NCBI GenBank assembly: GCA_029268555.1
Contig: JAQWNN010000041.1
Coordinates: 56 to 64,055 of the forward strand
Length of the DNA stretch: 64,000 bases
DNA from: Flavobacteriaceae bacterium
GTDB lineage: Bacteria > Bacteroidota > Bacteroidia > Flavobacteriales > Flavobacteriaceae
Direction: 5' to 3'
A program made the translations under genes and the position numbers. This document shows positions 18,293 through 29,099 of this stretch, one piece after another (within the stretch, counting starts at the first letter, position 1; every line of letters begins with the position of its first letter). Under the pieces are notes generated by a model, which had not been told where the DNA came from, made no database searches, and was given only the letters and a program-made list of their open reading frames with translations.

Positions 18293-19623
18293 CAGACTAA
18301 AGATTCTGATTTTAATAATTGTATTTCATCACCAATATCACCAGCACCCAAGAGCGCAAATATTTTAGCTTCACTTTCCATTATAGTATTTGAAATCAAG
18401 TGTTTATCAATTAACTTCTTACATGGATGTTTTAGATCATCAATCATTCTTGCAGAAGTAATCCCTTTAATGGGCAACTCCCTAGCAGGATATATATCTA
18501 ACAAAACAACTTCATCAAATTCGGATAATATCGCTAAAAACTCTTGGTAGAAATCCTGTGTTCTTGAAAATAAATGGGGTTGGAAAATTACGCATTTTGT
18601 ATGTTCCTTATAAAAGGCCTGTAATGTTTTTAAAACACTTTTAATTTCATTAGGATGATGAGCGTAATCGTCTACCAACAATTTATCGTTCCATTTAAAA
18701 AGATTCATTCTTCGATGCACCCCTGGGAAAGATATTAGTGCTTTCAATGCCGCATCTAATGAAATTTTTACCTGATCCACCATGGCTAAAGCACATAACA
18801 TATTAGACAGGTTGTGTTCCCCAAGCTGATTTAACTTCACTTGAGAAAAATTCTCCGTAGGCGTCATCAAATCAAATTCATATCCTCCTTCAAGGTGTTT
18901 TAAATTATAAATTCGATAATCTGCATCAACCTCAACTCCATATGTTAAACCTTCAAAAGGTAAATCGTAAGCAACAATCAACTGCTCACTGACCTGTGAG
19001 GAGAATGTTGTAAAAGCTTTTTTAAAAGCTTCCCTAGTTTGATATACATCCAAATGATCTAAGTCGATCGAGGTGATCGCTCCAACAGTTGGATTAAGGT
19101 GTAAAAAAGAACGATCATACTCATCTGCCTCAACTAACATAAAATCATCTCCAGTTCTAATTAAATTTGAAGGATTTCCTTGAAAAAAACCACCCATTAT
19201 AGAAGTAAATGATTGCTGAGTTTTAGAAAAAATATGAGTGAGAAATGCAGAAGTAGTTGTTTTTCCGTGGGTGCCAGCAACTGCTAGTGTTTGTTTTCCA
19301 TTACATAACTCTGCCATAAAAAGTGCTCGTTTTTTAACTGAAAAGTTGTTTTTAACAAAATAGTTCAATTGTGGATGAGCATCAGTAACAGCAGCAGTGT
19401 AAATGATTTGTGTTTGCTTCTCTAAAACTTCAGAGTACATTGCTTCAACTGTATCCTTGTAAATTATTGGAATCCCCTCTGATTCTAATTCGTCTGTTAA
19501 TTTCGTGTGATCTCTATCATATCCAAAAACTTTATTTCCTTGATTTAAACAAAGTCTTGCAAGAGCTGACATTCCTACCCCACCGATGCCTATAAAATAG
19601 TATGTCATAATTTGATGCTTCAT
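18292..19623 (-). CDS. murC: UDP-N-acetylmuramate--L-alanine ligase
   Basis: Motifs YFIGIGGVGMSALA and GTHGKTTTSA (Mur ligase P-loop), plus its position in the dcw cluster. Confidence 0.93.
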   Translation of the reverse strand: MKHQIMTYYFIGIGGVGMSALARLCLNQGNKVFGYDRDHTKLTDELESEGIPIIYKDTVEAMYSEVLEKQTQIIYTAAVTDAHPQLNYFVKNNFSVKKRALFMAELCNGKQTLAVAGTHGKTTTSAFLTHIFSKTQQSFTSIMGGFFQGNPSNLIRTGDDFMLVEADEYDRSFLHLNPTVGAITSIDLDHLDVYQTREAFKKAFTTFSSQVSEQLIVAYDLPFEGLTYGVEVDADYRIYNLKHLEGGYEFDLMTPTENFSQVKLNQLGEHNLSNMLCALAMVDQVKISLDAALKALISFPGVHRRMNLFKWNDKLLVDDYAHHPNEIKSVLKTLQAFYKEHTKCVIFQPHLFSRTQDFYQEFLAILSEFDEVVLLDIYPARELPIKGITSARMIDDLKHPCKKLIDKHLISNTIMESEAKIFALLGAGDIGDEIQLLKSESLV

Positions 19624-20702
19624 AAAAGTGCTGTTATTTCTTTTACTATGGATTGAGCTGCCTCAGGCTTGGCTAGCGCCTTAAGTTCTTTATGCATACT
19701 TTTTTGAACAACAGTATCCGAAACTAATTTGTTGAATATCCTCTTAAAATCAGTCTCAATATTTTTTTCTTCGATAACAAATGCCGCGCCCTTTTTCTCA
19801 AGAGCAATAGCATTGTGATATTGATGATTAGCTGTTACATTCGGTGAAGGAATCAATAAAAGTGGTTTACCAACACCACACAATTCGGAGATACTACCTG
19901 CCCCTGCCCTTGAAATAATGAAATCTGCAGCTGAATAAAACTGTTGCATCTTGTAAATGAATGAACGAATAACAATTCCCTCCTTAGACTTTTCTTTGTA
20001 TTGATCATAGTATAAATCACCACATTGCCATAAAATTTGTAAGTCAAAACTTTGAATAAAATCAAGTTGGGCGGCAATTAATTCGTTGACTCTAAGCGCT
20101 CCAAGACTTCCCCCTATAATTGCTAATGTCTGTTTATTGGGATCAAGACCAAAAAACTCCTTTGCTTTCTTGGGAGCTCTAGTTTTCCAAACATTTGAAC
20201 GTATTGGGTTTCCTGTAATTTTTATTTTATCCGCTGGAAAGTGATGTTCCATACCTTCAAAAGCGACACAAATAGTATTTACCTTTTTGCTCAATAATTT
20301 ATTGGTTACTCCTGGATAGGAATTCTGTTCTTGAATGATCGTAGCGATGTTAAGCCATTGAGCAATCTTAAGAACTGGTCCACTTGAAAAACCTCCAGTT
20401 CCAACTACTAGATTGGGTTTAAATCGTCTGATTATAATATAAGCCTGAATTAAGCTGACTACCAATTTTAAGGGGAATAATAAATTTTGAAGAGATAACG
20501 AACGTTGGAACCCACTAATCCAGACCCCTTTTATTAAAAAACCTGCCTTTGGTACTTTATCCATCTCCATCTTGCCCTTAGCTCCAACAAAAAGAATTAC
20601 TGCATCATCAATTTCTTTTTTTATTTGGGACGCTATCGATAAGGCTGGATAAATGTGTCCTCCTGTACCACCTCCTGAAACGATTAATCTAATGGCTTTC
20701 AC
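19620..20702 (-). CDS. murG: Undecaprenyldiphospho-muramoylpentapeptide beta-N-acetylglucosaminyltransferase
   Basis: Motif SGGGTGGHIYPALSIA. The maximal ORF reaches 20774 but would overlap ftsW by 86 nt. A GTG at 20700-20702 (VKAIRLIVSGGGTGGH) gives the usual short N-terminus. The exact start is uncertain. Confidence 0.88.
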   Translation of the reverse strand: MKAIRLIVSGGGTGGHIYPALSIASQIKKEIDDAVILFVGAKGKMEMDKVPKAGFLIKGVWISGFQRSLSLQNLLFPLKLVVSLIQAYIIIRRFKPNLVVGTGGFSSGPVLKIAQWLNIATIIQEQNSYPGVTNKLLSKKVNTICVAFEGMEHHFPADKIKITGNPIRSNVWKTRAPKKAKEFFGLDPNKQTLAIIGGSLGALRVNELIAAQLDFIQSFDLQILWQCGDLYYDQYKEKSKEGIVIRSFIYKMQQFYSAADFIISRAGAGSISELCGVGKPLLLIPSPNVTANHQYHNAIALEKKGAAFVIEEKNIETDFKRIFNKLVSDTVVQKSMHKELKALAKPEAAQSIVKEITALL

Positions 20703-21882
20703 TAAAAATGCTAATTGGGTTCGAACTAATTCCTTCTTTGCCTTGAATTTCAGCAGATATCTCTCTTTTAACACTTACACTAAGAATGATTCCCATGGCA
20801 ATACATGTCATCCAAGCGGAAGTCCCTCCACTACTGATCATGGGAAGATTCTGCCCTGTTACAGGAAGTACCTGAAGCGCTACCCCTATATTGATGAAAG
20901 CTTGAAAAATAATTGGGATTCCCATGCCGATAACCATAAGCTTTCCAAATAAATTAGATGTATTATGGGTAATTACAACAATCCTGAAGAGTAATAATAA
21001 ATAAAGTAAGATAAGTCCAATTCCTCCTACAAGTCCAAACTCTTCTACTATGATGGCATAAATAAAATCAGAAGAGCTTTGTGGAAGGAAATTTTTCATT
21101 CGACTCTTCCCAGCGCCAAGACCAAATACTTTACCACTAACAATAGCAGTTTTTGCTCTTGCTACTTGATAGTTCCCGTCATCGCTTTGACCACTTCTAA
21201 AGTTCTCAATTCTGCTAACCCAAGTATCAATTCGGTTTGGAAAGGTTCCAGGAAATGCTTTTACAAATAAAAAGAATAGTAAAACAAAAGTCAATCCCGT
21301 TCCACATATCGTCATCAAATAACGCAAAGGATAATGTGCTATAAAAGCCAAAATTATAACCATTGCAAATAGCAGTGCAGCAGTAGATAAATTAGAAGGA
21401 AAAATTAATAATACCACCGAAAAAACGGGAAGCCATAATTGAATCAAAGATTTAGAGAATTTGATGGATTTTAAATCAGGTTTGGAAAGGTGGGTTGCAG
21501 TGAAGACCATAAGAACCACCGCTGCCAATGTTGAAGTTTGAAAGCTCAATCCTATTAGTGGTATTTTTACCCATCGGCTTGCATTAGCGCCATCAATTAC
21601 AGTTCCCTGACTTGCCGTGTAAATTAGTAATACTATAGCTACAGGCAACATTAATATTGAGATCCCTTTAAAATAATGAAAGGGTATTTTATGTACTGAG
21701 TACATCAATATAAATCCGATTACTAAAATCACAAAATGCTTTAGCAAATACCCCCAAGGTGTTCCTCTTCCCACTACATAAACTAGATTGGAACTGGCAC
21801 TAAATATTGGTAAAAAGGAAAAAATAGCCAACAGGGCTAAAATACCCCATAAAACTTTATCTCCTTTTAGAAATTGAAACAT
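20689..21882 (-). CDS. ftsW: SEDS-family peptidoglycan polymerase FtsW
   Basis: 397 aa and polytopic. The SEDS-type motif reads ...SDFIYAIIVEEFGLVGG.... It sits between murD and murG. Confidence 0.9.
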   Translation of the reverse strand: MFQFLKGDKVLWGILALLAIFSFLPIFSASSNLVYVVGRGTPWGYLLKHFVILVIGFILMYSVHKIPFHYFKGISILMLPVAIVLLIYTASQGTVIDGANASRWVKIPLIGLSFQTSTLAAVVLMVFTATHLSKPDLKSIKFSKSLIQLWLPVFSVVLLIFPSNLSTAALLFAMVIILAFIAHYPLRYLMTICGTGLTFVLLFFLFVKAFPGTFPNRIDTWVSRIENFRSGQSDDGNYQVARAKTAIVSGKVFGLGAGKSRMKNFLPQSSSDFIYAIIVEEFGLVGGIGLILLYLLLLFRIVVITHNTSNLFGKLMVIGMGIPIIFQAFINIGVALQVLPVTGQNLPMISSGGTSAWMTCIAMGIILSVSVKREISAEIQGKEGISSNPISIFSESH

Positions 21883-21885
21883 AAT

Positions 21886-23226
21886 CTATAAATTTCTTAC
21901 AGCATCTTTAAATTGATCTCCTCGATCTTCGTAATTTTTAAATAAATCAAAACTTGCACAAGCAGGAGATAGAAGAACAGTATCCTTTGGCTCTGCTAAT
22001 TTATGTGCAATCTTAACAGCTTCAGTCATGGATTCGGTCTCCATAAAAACATCACTAGTCGCCTCAAAGGCATTCCGTAATTTTGAATTATCAATCCCCA
22101 AACAGATAACAGCTTTTGCTTTCTTTCTAATTAAGGATAATAATACATTATAGTCATTCCCTTTGTCGACACCACCAACAATCCATATCAATGGGGTTTG
22201 GATGCTTTCTAAAGCAAAATAGGTCGCATTGATATTTGTTGCCTTTGAATCATTAATATAGTTTACTCTTTGGATGGTTAATACATTTTCCATACGATGA
22301 GGTGCTCCTTTAAAGTGAGTTAAGCTTTCTCGAATAGATTCCTTATTGATAGACAATAAGTTTCCGATAGTTGCCGCTGCCATGGCATTGAGTAAGTTAT
22401 GTCTTCCTGAAAAAGGAAATTCAACTGAGTGTATCATAGTGGTCTGATTTTGATGTTTTAAAATAAGTCTATCATCCTCTAAATAGGATCCTGATGCATG
22501 TTCATCAAGTGTTCCAAAAGGAATTTTTTGTGCATTGATTTTATAGTTACTTAGTGATTTAACAAGTAGCTCGTCATCTGAATTAAAAAGGAAAAAGTTA
22601 TTTGAAGATTGATTTTTTGTTATTTTTAATTTGGCTTTGATGTATGATTCAAAACTATATCCATACCGATCTAAATGGTCTGAGGTGATATTGGTGATTA
22701 CAGCAATATGGGGTGAAAATTGATCAATATCGTCTAACTGAAAACTACTAATCTCCAATACGTAGTAATCAAAATCTTCTTCAGCCACCTGCTTGGCAAA
22801 ACTTGATCCTATATTCCCTGCTAATCCAACATGAAATCCTGATTTCTTTAGAATTTCATAAGTCATCATTGCAGTAGTCGTTTTACCGTTAGTTCCCGTG
22901 ATACCAATAAGTGTAGCTGATGTTGACTGAGCAGCAAATTCAATTTCTGAAAGTATTCGAGTACCATTTCCCCTCAAGCCTTCAAGCAGAGGAATGTCTC
23001 CAGGAATTCCAGGACTTTTAATCGCGATTGAGGCTCCTTCCATTGGAGCTAAGGAATGTTGACCTGATTCCCATGTAATTTCCCTTTCATCCAAAAGACT
23101 TTGGAGTTTAAATGGGATTATATTTTTATCAGATAAAAAAACTTCATATCCTTTTTGTTTTGCCAAGATAGCAGCGCCTATACCGCTTTCACCAGCACCT
23201 AAAACAACCAGTTTTTCTTTCATCAT
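21886..23226 (-). CDS. murD: UDP-N-acetylmuramoylalanine--D-glutamate ligase
   Basis: Motifs [12 protein letters not shown] and [11 protein letters not shown], plus dcw position. Confidence 0.93.
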   Translation of the reverse strand: MMKEKLVVLGAGESGIGAAILAKQKGYEVFLSDKNIIPFKLQSLLDEREITWESGQHSLAPMEGASIAIKSPGIPGDIPLLEGLRGNGTRILSEIEFAAQSTSATLIGITGTNGKTTTAMMTYEILKKSGFHVGLAGNIGSSFAKQVAEEDFDYYVLEISSFQLDDIDQFSPHIAVITNITSDHLDRYGYSFESYIKAKLKITKNQSSNNFFLFNSDDELLVKSLSNYKINAQKIPFGTLDEHASGSYLEDDRLILKHQNQTTMIHSVEFPFSGRHNLLNAMAAATIGNLLSINKESIRESLTHFKGAPHRMENVLTIQRVNYINDSKATNINATYFALESIQTPLIWIVGGVDKGNDYNVLLSLIRKKAKAVICLGIDNSKLRNAFEATSDVFMETESMTEAVKIAHKLAEPKDTVLLSPACASFDLFKNYEDRGDQFKDAVRNL

Positions 23227-24449
23227 CTTAGTTTCAAGGTTACGATACTGAGTACTGCTAGAATAATTCCAATAATCCAGAACCGAGCGACAATTTTACT
23301 CTCATGAAATCCTGATTTTTGAAAATGGTGATGCAAAGGCGCCATTTTAAAAATACGCTGACCTACTCCTTTTTTTAATCGCGAATATTTGAAATAACTC
23401 ACTTGTAAAATCACGGAAAGAGTTTCAATAAAAAAGACCCCACATAAAAGAGGAATCAATAATTCTTTTCGTACTATAACTGCAATAACCGAAATCACCG
23501 CACCTATAGACAAACTGCCTGTATCTCCCATAAAAACACTTGCAGGAAATGTATTGTACCACAAAAAGCCAATGAGTCCTCCCAAGAAAGCTGCAATAAA
23601 AATTGCAATTTCACCCACATTAGGGATGTACATAATATTGAGATATGATGCGAAATTAATATTTCCTGAAACCCAAGCGAAGATGCCTAATGTAAATACA
23701 ATAATTGCTGATGTACCCGCAGAAAGTCCATCGATACCATCCGTTAAATTTGCTCCATTTGAAACGGCGGTGATAATAAAAACAATAATAGGTATGAAAA
23801 TAATCCAAGTGAAGCTCCTAGAAGTAATGCCCATCCATTCGATGAGCCAGTGATAATCAAATTCATTGTTTTTTACCAAGGGAATAGTGGTTAGGGTCGC
23901 TTTTATATTTTGATTTTTAGAGTCTAATTCGCTACCCACTTCACCAACGTGAGTAATCGACTGAACTTCAGCTCTTACAGTAACTTCAGGGTGAAAAAAT
24001 AGTGTTGCTCCTACAAGTGTACCTAGAATAAGCTGACCTAAAACCTTAAATTTTCCCTTTAATCCGTCTTTATCTTTTTTAAATATCTTAATGTAATCAT
24101 CCATCCATCCTATAAATCCCATCCATACCATACTGATGATTAATAATAAAATATAAATATTGTCTAACCTTGCTAATAGAGTTACAGGTATAAGTGTACT
24201 CAAAATGATAATGATTCCTCCCATAGTTGGAGTTCCTTCTTTTTCTTTTTGACCAGTTAGCCCAAGATCACGTACAGATTCACCAATCTGTTTATTTTTT
24301 AAATACCTAATAATGTAACTTCCTGTAATTAGTGAAAAACCAAGTGAAAAGATCACTGCTACTGCTGCACGAAACGATAAGTATTGGAAAACACTTGCTC
24401 CTGGTAATTTGTACTGTTGTTCTAGAAATTCAAATAGATAGTAGAGCAT
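23223..24449 (-). CDS. mraY: Phospho-N-acetylmuramoyl-pentapeptide transferase
   Basis: Polytopic membrane protein. Motifs [26 protein letters not shown] and APLHHHF. Confidence 0.95.
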   Translation of the reverse strand: MLYYLFEFLEQQYKLPGASVFQYLSFRAAVAVIFSLGFSLITGSYIIRYLKNKQIGESVRDLGLTGQKEKEGTPTMGGIIIILSTLIPVTLLARLDNIYILLLIISMVWMGFIGWMDDYIKIFKKDKDGLKGKFKVLGQLILGTLVGATLFFHPEVTVRAEVQSITHVGEVGSELDSKNQNIKATLTTIPLVKNNEFDYHWLIEWMGITSRSFTWIIFIPIIVFIITAVSNGANLTDGIDGLSAGTSAIIVFTLGIFAWVSGNINFASYLNIMYIPNVGEIAIFIAAFLGGLIGFLWYNTFPASVFMGDTGSLSIGAVISVIAVIVRKELLIPLLCGVFFIETLSVILQVSYFKYSRLKKGVGQRIFKMAPLHHHFQKSGFHESKIVARFWIIGIILAVLSIVTLKLR

Positions 24450-24462
24450 TAGCTATTAGTAT

Positions 24463-25911
24463 TTAAAAATATTTTTTGGCAATTTCCAAATCGTTAAATG
24501 GAATCTTCTTCCCTTCAATTTCCTGATAGGTTTCGTGTCCTTTTCCAGCAATTAGTACAATATCTCCCGGATTTACTAAATCGCCTGCAACCGCAATGGC
24601 CTCTTCTCTGAGCGTTACTTTTAAGACTTTCTTAAAATCTTCTGCGTTTACACCCCTCACGATTTCAGAAATAATAGAAGTTGGTTCTTCATCTCTAGGA
24701 TTATCCGATGTGAAAATTACTTTATCACTTAAAGCTGCTGCTTTCTTACCCATCATGGGTCGCTTTTCACGATCTCGATTTCCTCCACACCCCACTACGG
24801 TAATTAATGATTCATTTCTTGTTCTTATCTTGTTAATTGTTTGCAGGACATTCGCTAAAGCATCTGGAGTATGAGCATAATCTATTACCACCGTAATATT
24901 CTCTTGTGTCTGAAAGGTTTCAAATCGCCCTCTAATAGGTTTCAAAGTACTCATCTTTTTGAGAATTTCTAAGGATGACTCTCCTAGAATTACCGCCACT
25001 GCATATACGGCTAATAAATTTTGTATATTAAATTCACCTACTAAATTGGTCCAAACTTCTTCCCCTTGAATTTTCAGAAGCATTCCTGAAAATTCATATT
25101 CCAAAATTTGTGCTTTGAAATCCGCATATTGCTTAACCGCATAGGTATGTTTTGAAGCTATACAGTTTTGAAACATAAATGTTCCATTTTTATCGTCAAT
25201 ATTGGTTAACGCAAACGCTGTTTTTGGCAACTGATCAAAAAATAATTTCTTTGTATCTCGGTAAGATTTAAAATCTCCGTGGTAATCCAAATGATCATGT
25301 GTAAGATTCGTAAATACTCCACCATTAAAATGCAATCCATTAGCTCTACGCTGTGCAATCCCATGAGAAGATAATTCCATAAAACAATGTGAAATACCTG
25401 AAATAGTCATTTTAGAAAGATGTTTGTTAAGTGAAATCGCGTCTGGAGTGGTATGTGAATTGTCCCATTCTGAATTCTGATAAGATATTTTGACTGTCGA
25501 TATCAATCCACAAGGATATCCTATTGATGTAAAAAGTTCAAAGAGCAAAGAAGCCACTGTCGTTTTTCCATTTGTTCCCGTTACGCCTATTAATTTTAAA
25601 TTCTTGGATGGATTGTCATAAAAGTTAGCAGCAATGTGACCAAGAGCCTCTGAAGCACTTGCAACAATTACATACACAATTCCCGTTGCACATTTTTTGG
25701 GTAATTTCTCACAAACTACAGCAACAGCTCCTTGTTCTATTGCATTAAAAATAAAATCATGCCCATCTAAAACAACTCCTTTTTGAGCGATAAAAAGATT
25801 TTCTTTTTTAATTTTACGACTATCGAATTCAATATCCTTTATTGGAATAGCAGTACTTCCCACAATACTTTCTATCGATACACCATACAAAATATCTTGT
25901 AGTTTTTTCAC
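24463..25911 (-). CDS. murE: UDP-N-acetylmuramoyl-L-alanyl-D-glutamate--2,6-diaminopimelate ligase
   Basis: Motifs [23 protein letters not shown] and the DNPR motif (SDNPRDEEP). Confidence 0.93.
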   Translation of the reverse strand: MKKLQDILYGVSIESIVGSTAIPIKDIEFDSRKIKKENLFIAQKGVVLDGHDFIFNAIEQGAVAVVCEKLPKKCATGIVYVIVASASEALGHIAANFYDNPSKNLKLIGVTGTNGKTTVASLLFELFTSIGYPCGLISTVKISYQNSEWDNSHTTPDAISLNKHLSKMTISGISHCFMELSSHGIAQRRANGLHFNGGVFTNLTHDHLDYHGDFKSYRDTKKLFFDQLPKTAFALTNIDDKNGTFMFQNCIASKHTYAVKQYADFKAQILEYEFSGMLLKIQGEEVWTNLVGEFNIQNLLAVYAVAVILGESSLEILKKMSTLKPIRGRFETFQTQENITVVIDYAHTPDALANVLQTINKIRTRNESLITVVGCGGNRDREKRPMMGKKAAALSDKVIFTSDNPRDEEPTSIISEIVRGVNAEDFKKVLKVTLREEAIAVAGDLVNPGDIVLIAGKGHETYQEIEGKKIPFNDLEIAKKYF

Positions 25912-27896
25912 GACAATTCAAGGATTACTTTTTGAATATTTTTGACTTTGGTGCCAGCTTGAGGTTTTTGACCTTTGACACTCCCTTTTCCTATTAACTC
26001 TACTTTTAATCCAAGGGCTTCAATTTTTTCAACAGCTTCTTGACTAGAAAGTCCAGCTAAATTGGGTATAATAAAGTTTTTTTGTAGCTGTATCTTTTCG
26101 ATTAAATCGGTAATATTAGATGCTCCTAAATGGAGCTGATGTGGAATATCATTAAATATTTTCTTTGCAATGGTCTTAAAAACTGGAGCGGCAACTGTTG
26201 CACCATAATATCCTTTCGATTTGTCAGGTCGATGAATAACAACTACACAAGAATATTGAGGTTGTTCAACTGGAAAATAACCCACAAAACTAGAAATATA
26301 TTGTACATTATCAGTAGTGTAATCTACTTGACAAGTCCCTGTTTTTCCAGCCATGGTCAATATAGAATCTTTAATACGGTAACCTGTACCCCATTTTTTA
26401 TCCACTACATTAAACATCATTTTTTGAACTTTGCCTAGTGTCTCTTCAGAACAAATTGAGGGATTTAAAACCTGTTTGGTAAATACTTTATAGGGGACAT
26501 TTCCAAGATTTCCGATTTCAGTCAAAAATCGAGGTTGAACCATTTCTCCATTATTTGCAATGGCATTGTAAAATGTTAAGGTCTGCAAAGGCGTCAAACT
26601 CACCCCATATCCATAGGCCATCCATGGCAAGTCTAAACCATCCCAATCGGCATCAGTTGGATAAGGAATTTTGGGATTTCCCTCTCCTTTTATTGGAAGT
26701 CCTAAGTTTTTATTGAGTCCCATATTATAGAGTCTATCCACAAATTGTTTGGGATTTTCTTTATAATTATCATATACTATTTTTACTAAGCCTACATTAG
26801 ATGATACCTCAAAAGCTTCAGCTGCTGTGATGGTTCCGTAGCCTCCTCTTTTGGAATCTTTTACTTTGTATTTTTTATAAAAAGTCAATTCGCCTTTACC
26901 AGTTTCTATTAATGTGTTTTCATCAATTACTTTATCTTCTAATGCAGCTATCATACCCATCAGTTTGAAAGTAGAGCCTGGCTCGTGAGCTTCGCCAACA
27001 GCATAATTTAATTTTTCGAAATACTTACCATCCTCTGTTCTTCCCAAATTTACAATAGCTTTGATGTCACCAGAGTTAACCTCCATTACAACAACAGTCC
27101 CGTGGTCTGCCTCGTATTTTTCTAGCTGACTTAGGAGTGTGCTGTGAGCTATATCTTGAATGTTAACATCCAATGTTGTCCGAAGGTCAAAGCCTTGAGT
27201 AGGTTCTTTTTCATTGGAGTCACTTATGGGCTTCCATTGTCCATTTGCAATTTTCTGTTTAAGTCGTAAACCTGAATCACCTCTCAGATATTGGGAAAAA
27301 GCACCTTCTAATCCTACCCTAAAATACGTACCATCTTTATCTAATTTTTCATACCCAATAGTACGCTCAGCAATTTTCCCCAAAGGGTGTTCCCTTTTTA
27401 TTTCTTGCTCTACAATCAATCCTCCCTTGTAAGTGCTTTTATTAAAAATTGGGAAATTCTTATACTGTTTGTAAGTAGAATAGGAAACATCTTTAACTAA
27501 TGGCCAATACCTACTTTTCTGTTTTCGTGCATTTTCCAATAGATTCAAAACTACTGTTGGGGTATTACCAGTTAATGTGGCAATAGAATCAGCAAGAGTC
27601 TGTTTATTTTCATTAAAAAGACTAGATGAAGGGGTTATGGCATCCCAATACAAATCGTAACTTGCAACTGAGGTAGCTAAAATATTTCCATCTGCGGCAT
27701 AAATATCTCCACGACCGGGATCTAAGACAACATTTTTTACCAGTGTTTCAGGAACGATACCAAGTCCTTCAGTATTTGAATAAAACTGTAAATAGATCAG
27801 CTTACCAATGAGTACAAATCCAAAAATAGTCAAAAAACTAATCAAAAGATAAAATCTTGATTTATGAAAACCATTAAGTGAATTTGAATTATTCAT
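25908..27896 (-). CDS. ftsI: Penicillin-binding protein 3 (FtsI-type transpeptidase) with a C-terminal PASTA domain
   Basis: Motifs SxxK (GSTFKLM), SxN (VSSNVG) and KTG (GKTGTCQ), plus an N-terminal TM helix. The last ~55 aa (PNLAGLSSQEAVEKIEALGLKVELIGKGSVKGQKPQAGTKV) match the PASTA fold pattern. Confidence 0.92.
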   Translation of the reverse strand: MNNSNSLNGFHKSRFYLLISFLTIFGFVLIGKLIYLQFYSNTEGLGIVPETLVKNVVLDPGRGDIYAADGNILATSVASYDLYWDAITPSSSLFNENKQTLADSIATLTGNTPTVVLNLLENARKQKSRYWPLVKDVSYSTYKQYKNFPIFNKSTYKGGLIVEQEIKREHPLGKIAERTIGYEKLDKDGTYFRVGLEGAFSQYLRGDSGLRLKQKIANGQWKPISDSNEKEPTQGFDLRTTLDVNIQDIAHSTLLSQLEKYEADHGTVVVMEVNSGDIKAIVNLGRTEDGKYFEKLNYAVGEAHEPGSTFKLMGMIAALEDKVIDENTLIETGKGELTFYKKYKVKDSKRGGYGTITAAEAFEVSSNVGLVKIVYDNYKENPKQFVDRLYNMGLNKNLGLPIKGEGNPKIPYPTDADWDGLDLPWMAYGYGVSLTPLQTLTFYNAIANNGEMVQPRFLTEIGNLGNVPYKVFTKQVLNPSICSEETLGKVQKMMFNVVDKKWGTGYRIKDSILTMAGKTGTCQVDYTTDNVQYISSFVGYFPVEQPQYSCVVVIHRPDKSKGYYGATVAAPVFKTIAKKIFNDIPHQLHLGASNITDLIEKIQLQKNFIIPNLAGLSSQEAVEKIEALGLKVELIGKGSVKGQKPQAGTKVKNIQKVILELS

Positions 27897-28200
27897 CTAC
27901 TATAATAATTTTTATCGGAGGTGTTTTTGCAGGACCCACACCTTTTTTTGCTAGAACTCTTATAATATTTGTTTCTTTCTTAAGGATTAATAATTGTTTT
28001 TTGGATTCTATAAAATCACTTTTAAGTGTCTTGATCTCAGTATTTAATTCTGCTATCAAAAATATTTTGCTGTCTGCACTATGCCCACTGGCTATCATGA
28101 TCAGTGCCAAAACAGATAAAAATAAAATCATCCGCCAATTCTTAAAGGAATTATCTCTAATCAAAAATTCAATATTGAGTATGGATAGTAGTTTGTTCAT
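27889..28200 (-). CDS. FtsL-like small bitopic cell-division protein
   Basis: 103 aa with one TM helix (MILFLSVLALIMIA) followed by a coiled-coil-like segment. It occupies the ftsL slot between rsmH and ftsI. Confidence 0.7.
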   Translation of the reverse strand: MNKLLSILNIEFLIRDNSFKNWRMILFLSVLALIMIASGHSADSKIFLIAELNTEIKTLKSDFIESKKQLLILKKETNIIRVLAKKGVGPAKTPPIKIIIVDE

Positions 28201-29099
28201 TTTTTTTCTGCGATTCTTAATTTGGCACTCCTAGCTCTCCCATTGTTCTTTATTTCTTCCTGGTCAGGAACAATGAGCTTACCTACACGTTCAAGCCTGA
28301 CTTGAGGGTTGCCATAAAAGTCTTTTTTTACTTCTCCTTCAAAATTTCCAGATTGAAAAAATCGTTTTACCAAACGATCCTCTAATGAATGGTAGGAGAT
28401 ACAAACCAATCTTCCACCTGAATTTAAAAACGCTTCAGCCTGAACTAAAAAAGATTGTAGTGCGTCTAATTCAGCGTTTACTTCAATACGTATAGCTTGA
28501 AAAATCTGAGCTAAAACTTTGTTTTTAATTCGTTGCGAAACAAGGGGTATTAAGACTGTAATCAGATCTTGGGTACTAACTAATTCTTTTTCTGAACGAG
28601 CTACAGCAATACTCCTAGCTAAGCTTTTAGCATTTTGTAACTCTCCATAATTGAAAAAAATGTTACTCAATGCCTCCTCTTCATATTCATTGACAATCTT
28701 ATATGCATCTAGGGTTTGAGACTGGTTCATTCGCATATCTAAACGTCCATCTTTCCTAATCGAAAAACCTCTTCCACTAGTATTAAACTGATGAGACGAA
28801 ACCCCAAAATCTGCCAGAATTCCGTCTACACTCTTTGTCTTATAAAATTTTAAGTATTGTGATAGGTAGCTAAAATTAGCTGCAATAAATTCAAATCGTG
28901 AATCTGAAATTATATTTACTGCTGCATCTGGATCTTGATCAAAAGCAAATAAACGTCCATTTTTATTAAGCTTTTCTAGAATTGCTCTTGAGTGACCTCC
29001 TCCTCCAAAAGTTACATCCACATAGACCCCGTCGGGCTTTATATTGAGCCCCTCCAAGCTCGAACGGAGCAGAACTGGATTATGATATTGAGTCATCAT
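28197..29099 (-). CDS. rsmH: 16S rRNA (cytosine1402-N4)-methyltransferase
   Basis: Motifs HNPVLL, DVTFGGGGHS and SYHSLEDR. The listed ORF extends to 29192, but the conserved N-terminus starts at MMTQYHNPVLL (ATG at 29097-29099). Confidence 0.92.
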   Translation of the reverse strand: MMTQYHNPVLLRSSLEGLNIKPDGVYVDVTFGGGGHSRAILEKLNKNGRLFAFDQDPDAAVNIISDSRFEFIAANFSYLSQYLKFYKTKSVDGILADFGVSSHQFNTSGRGFSIRKDGRLDMRMNQSQTLDAYKIVNEYEEEALSNIFFNYGELQNAKSLARSIAVARSEKELVSTQDLITVLIPLVSQRIKNKVLAQIFQAIRIEVNAELDALQSFLVQAEAFLNSGGRLVCISYHSLEDRLVKRFFQSGNFEGEVKKDFYGNPQVRLERVGKLIVPDQEEIKNNGRARSAKLRIAEKK

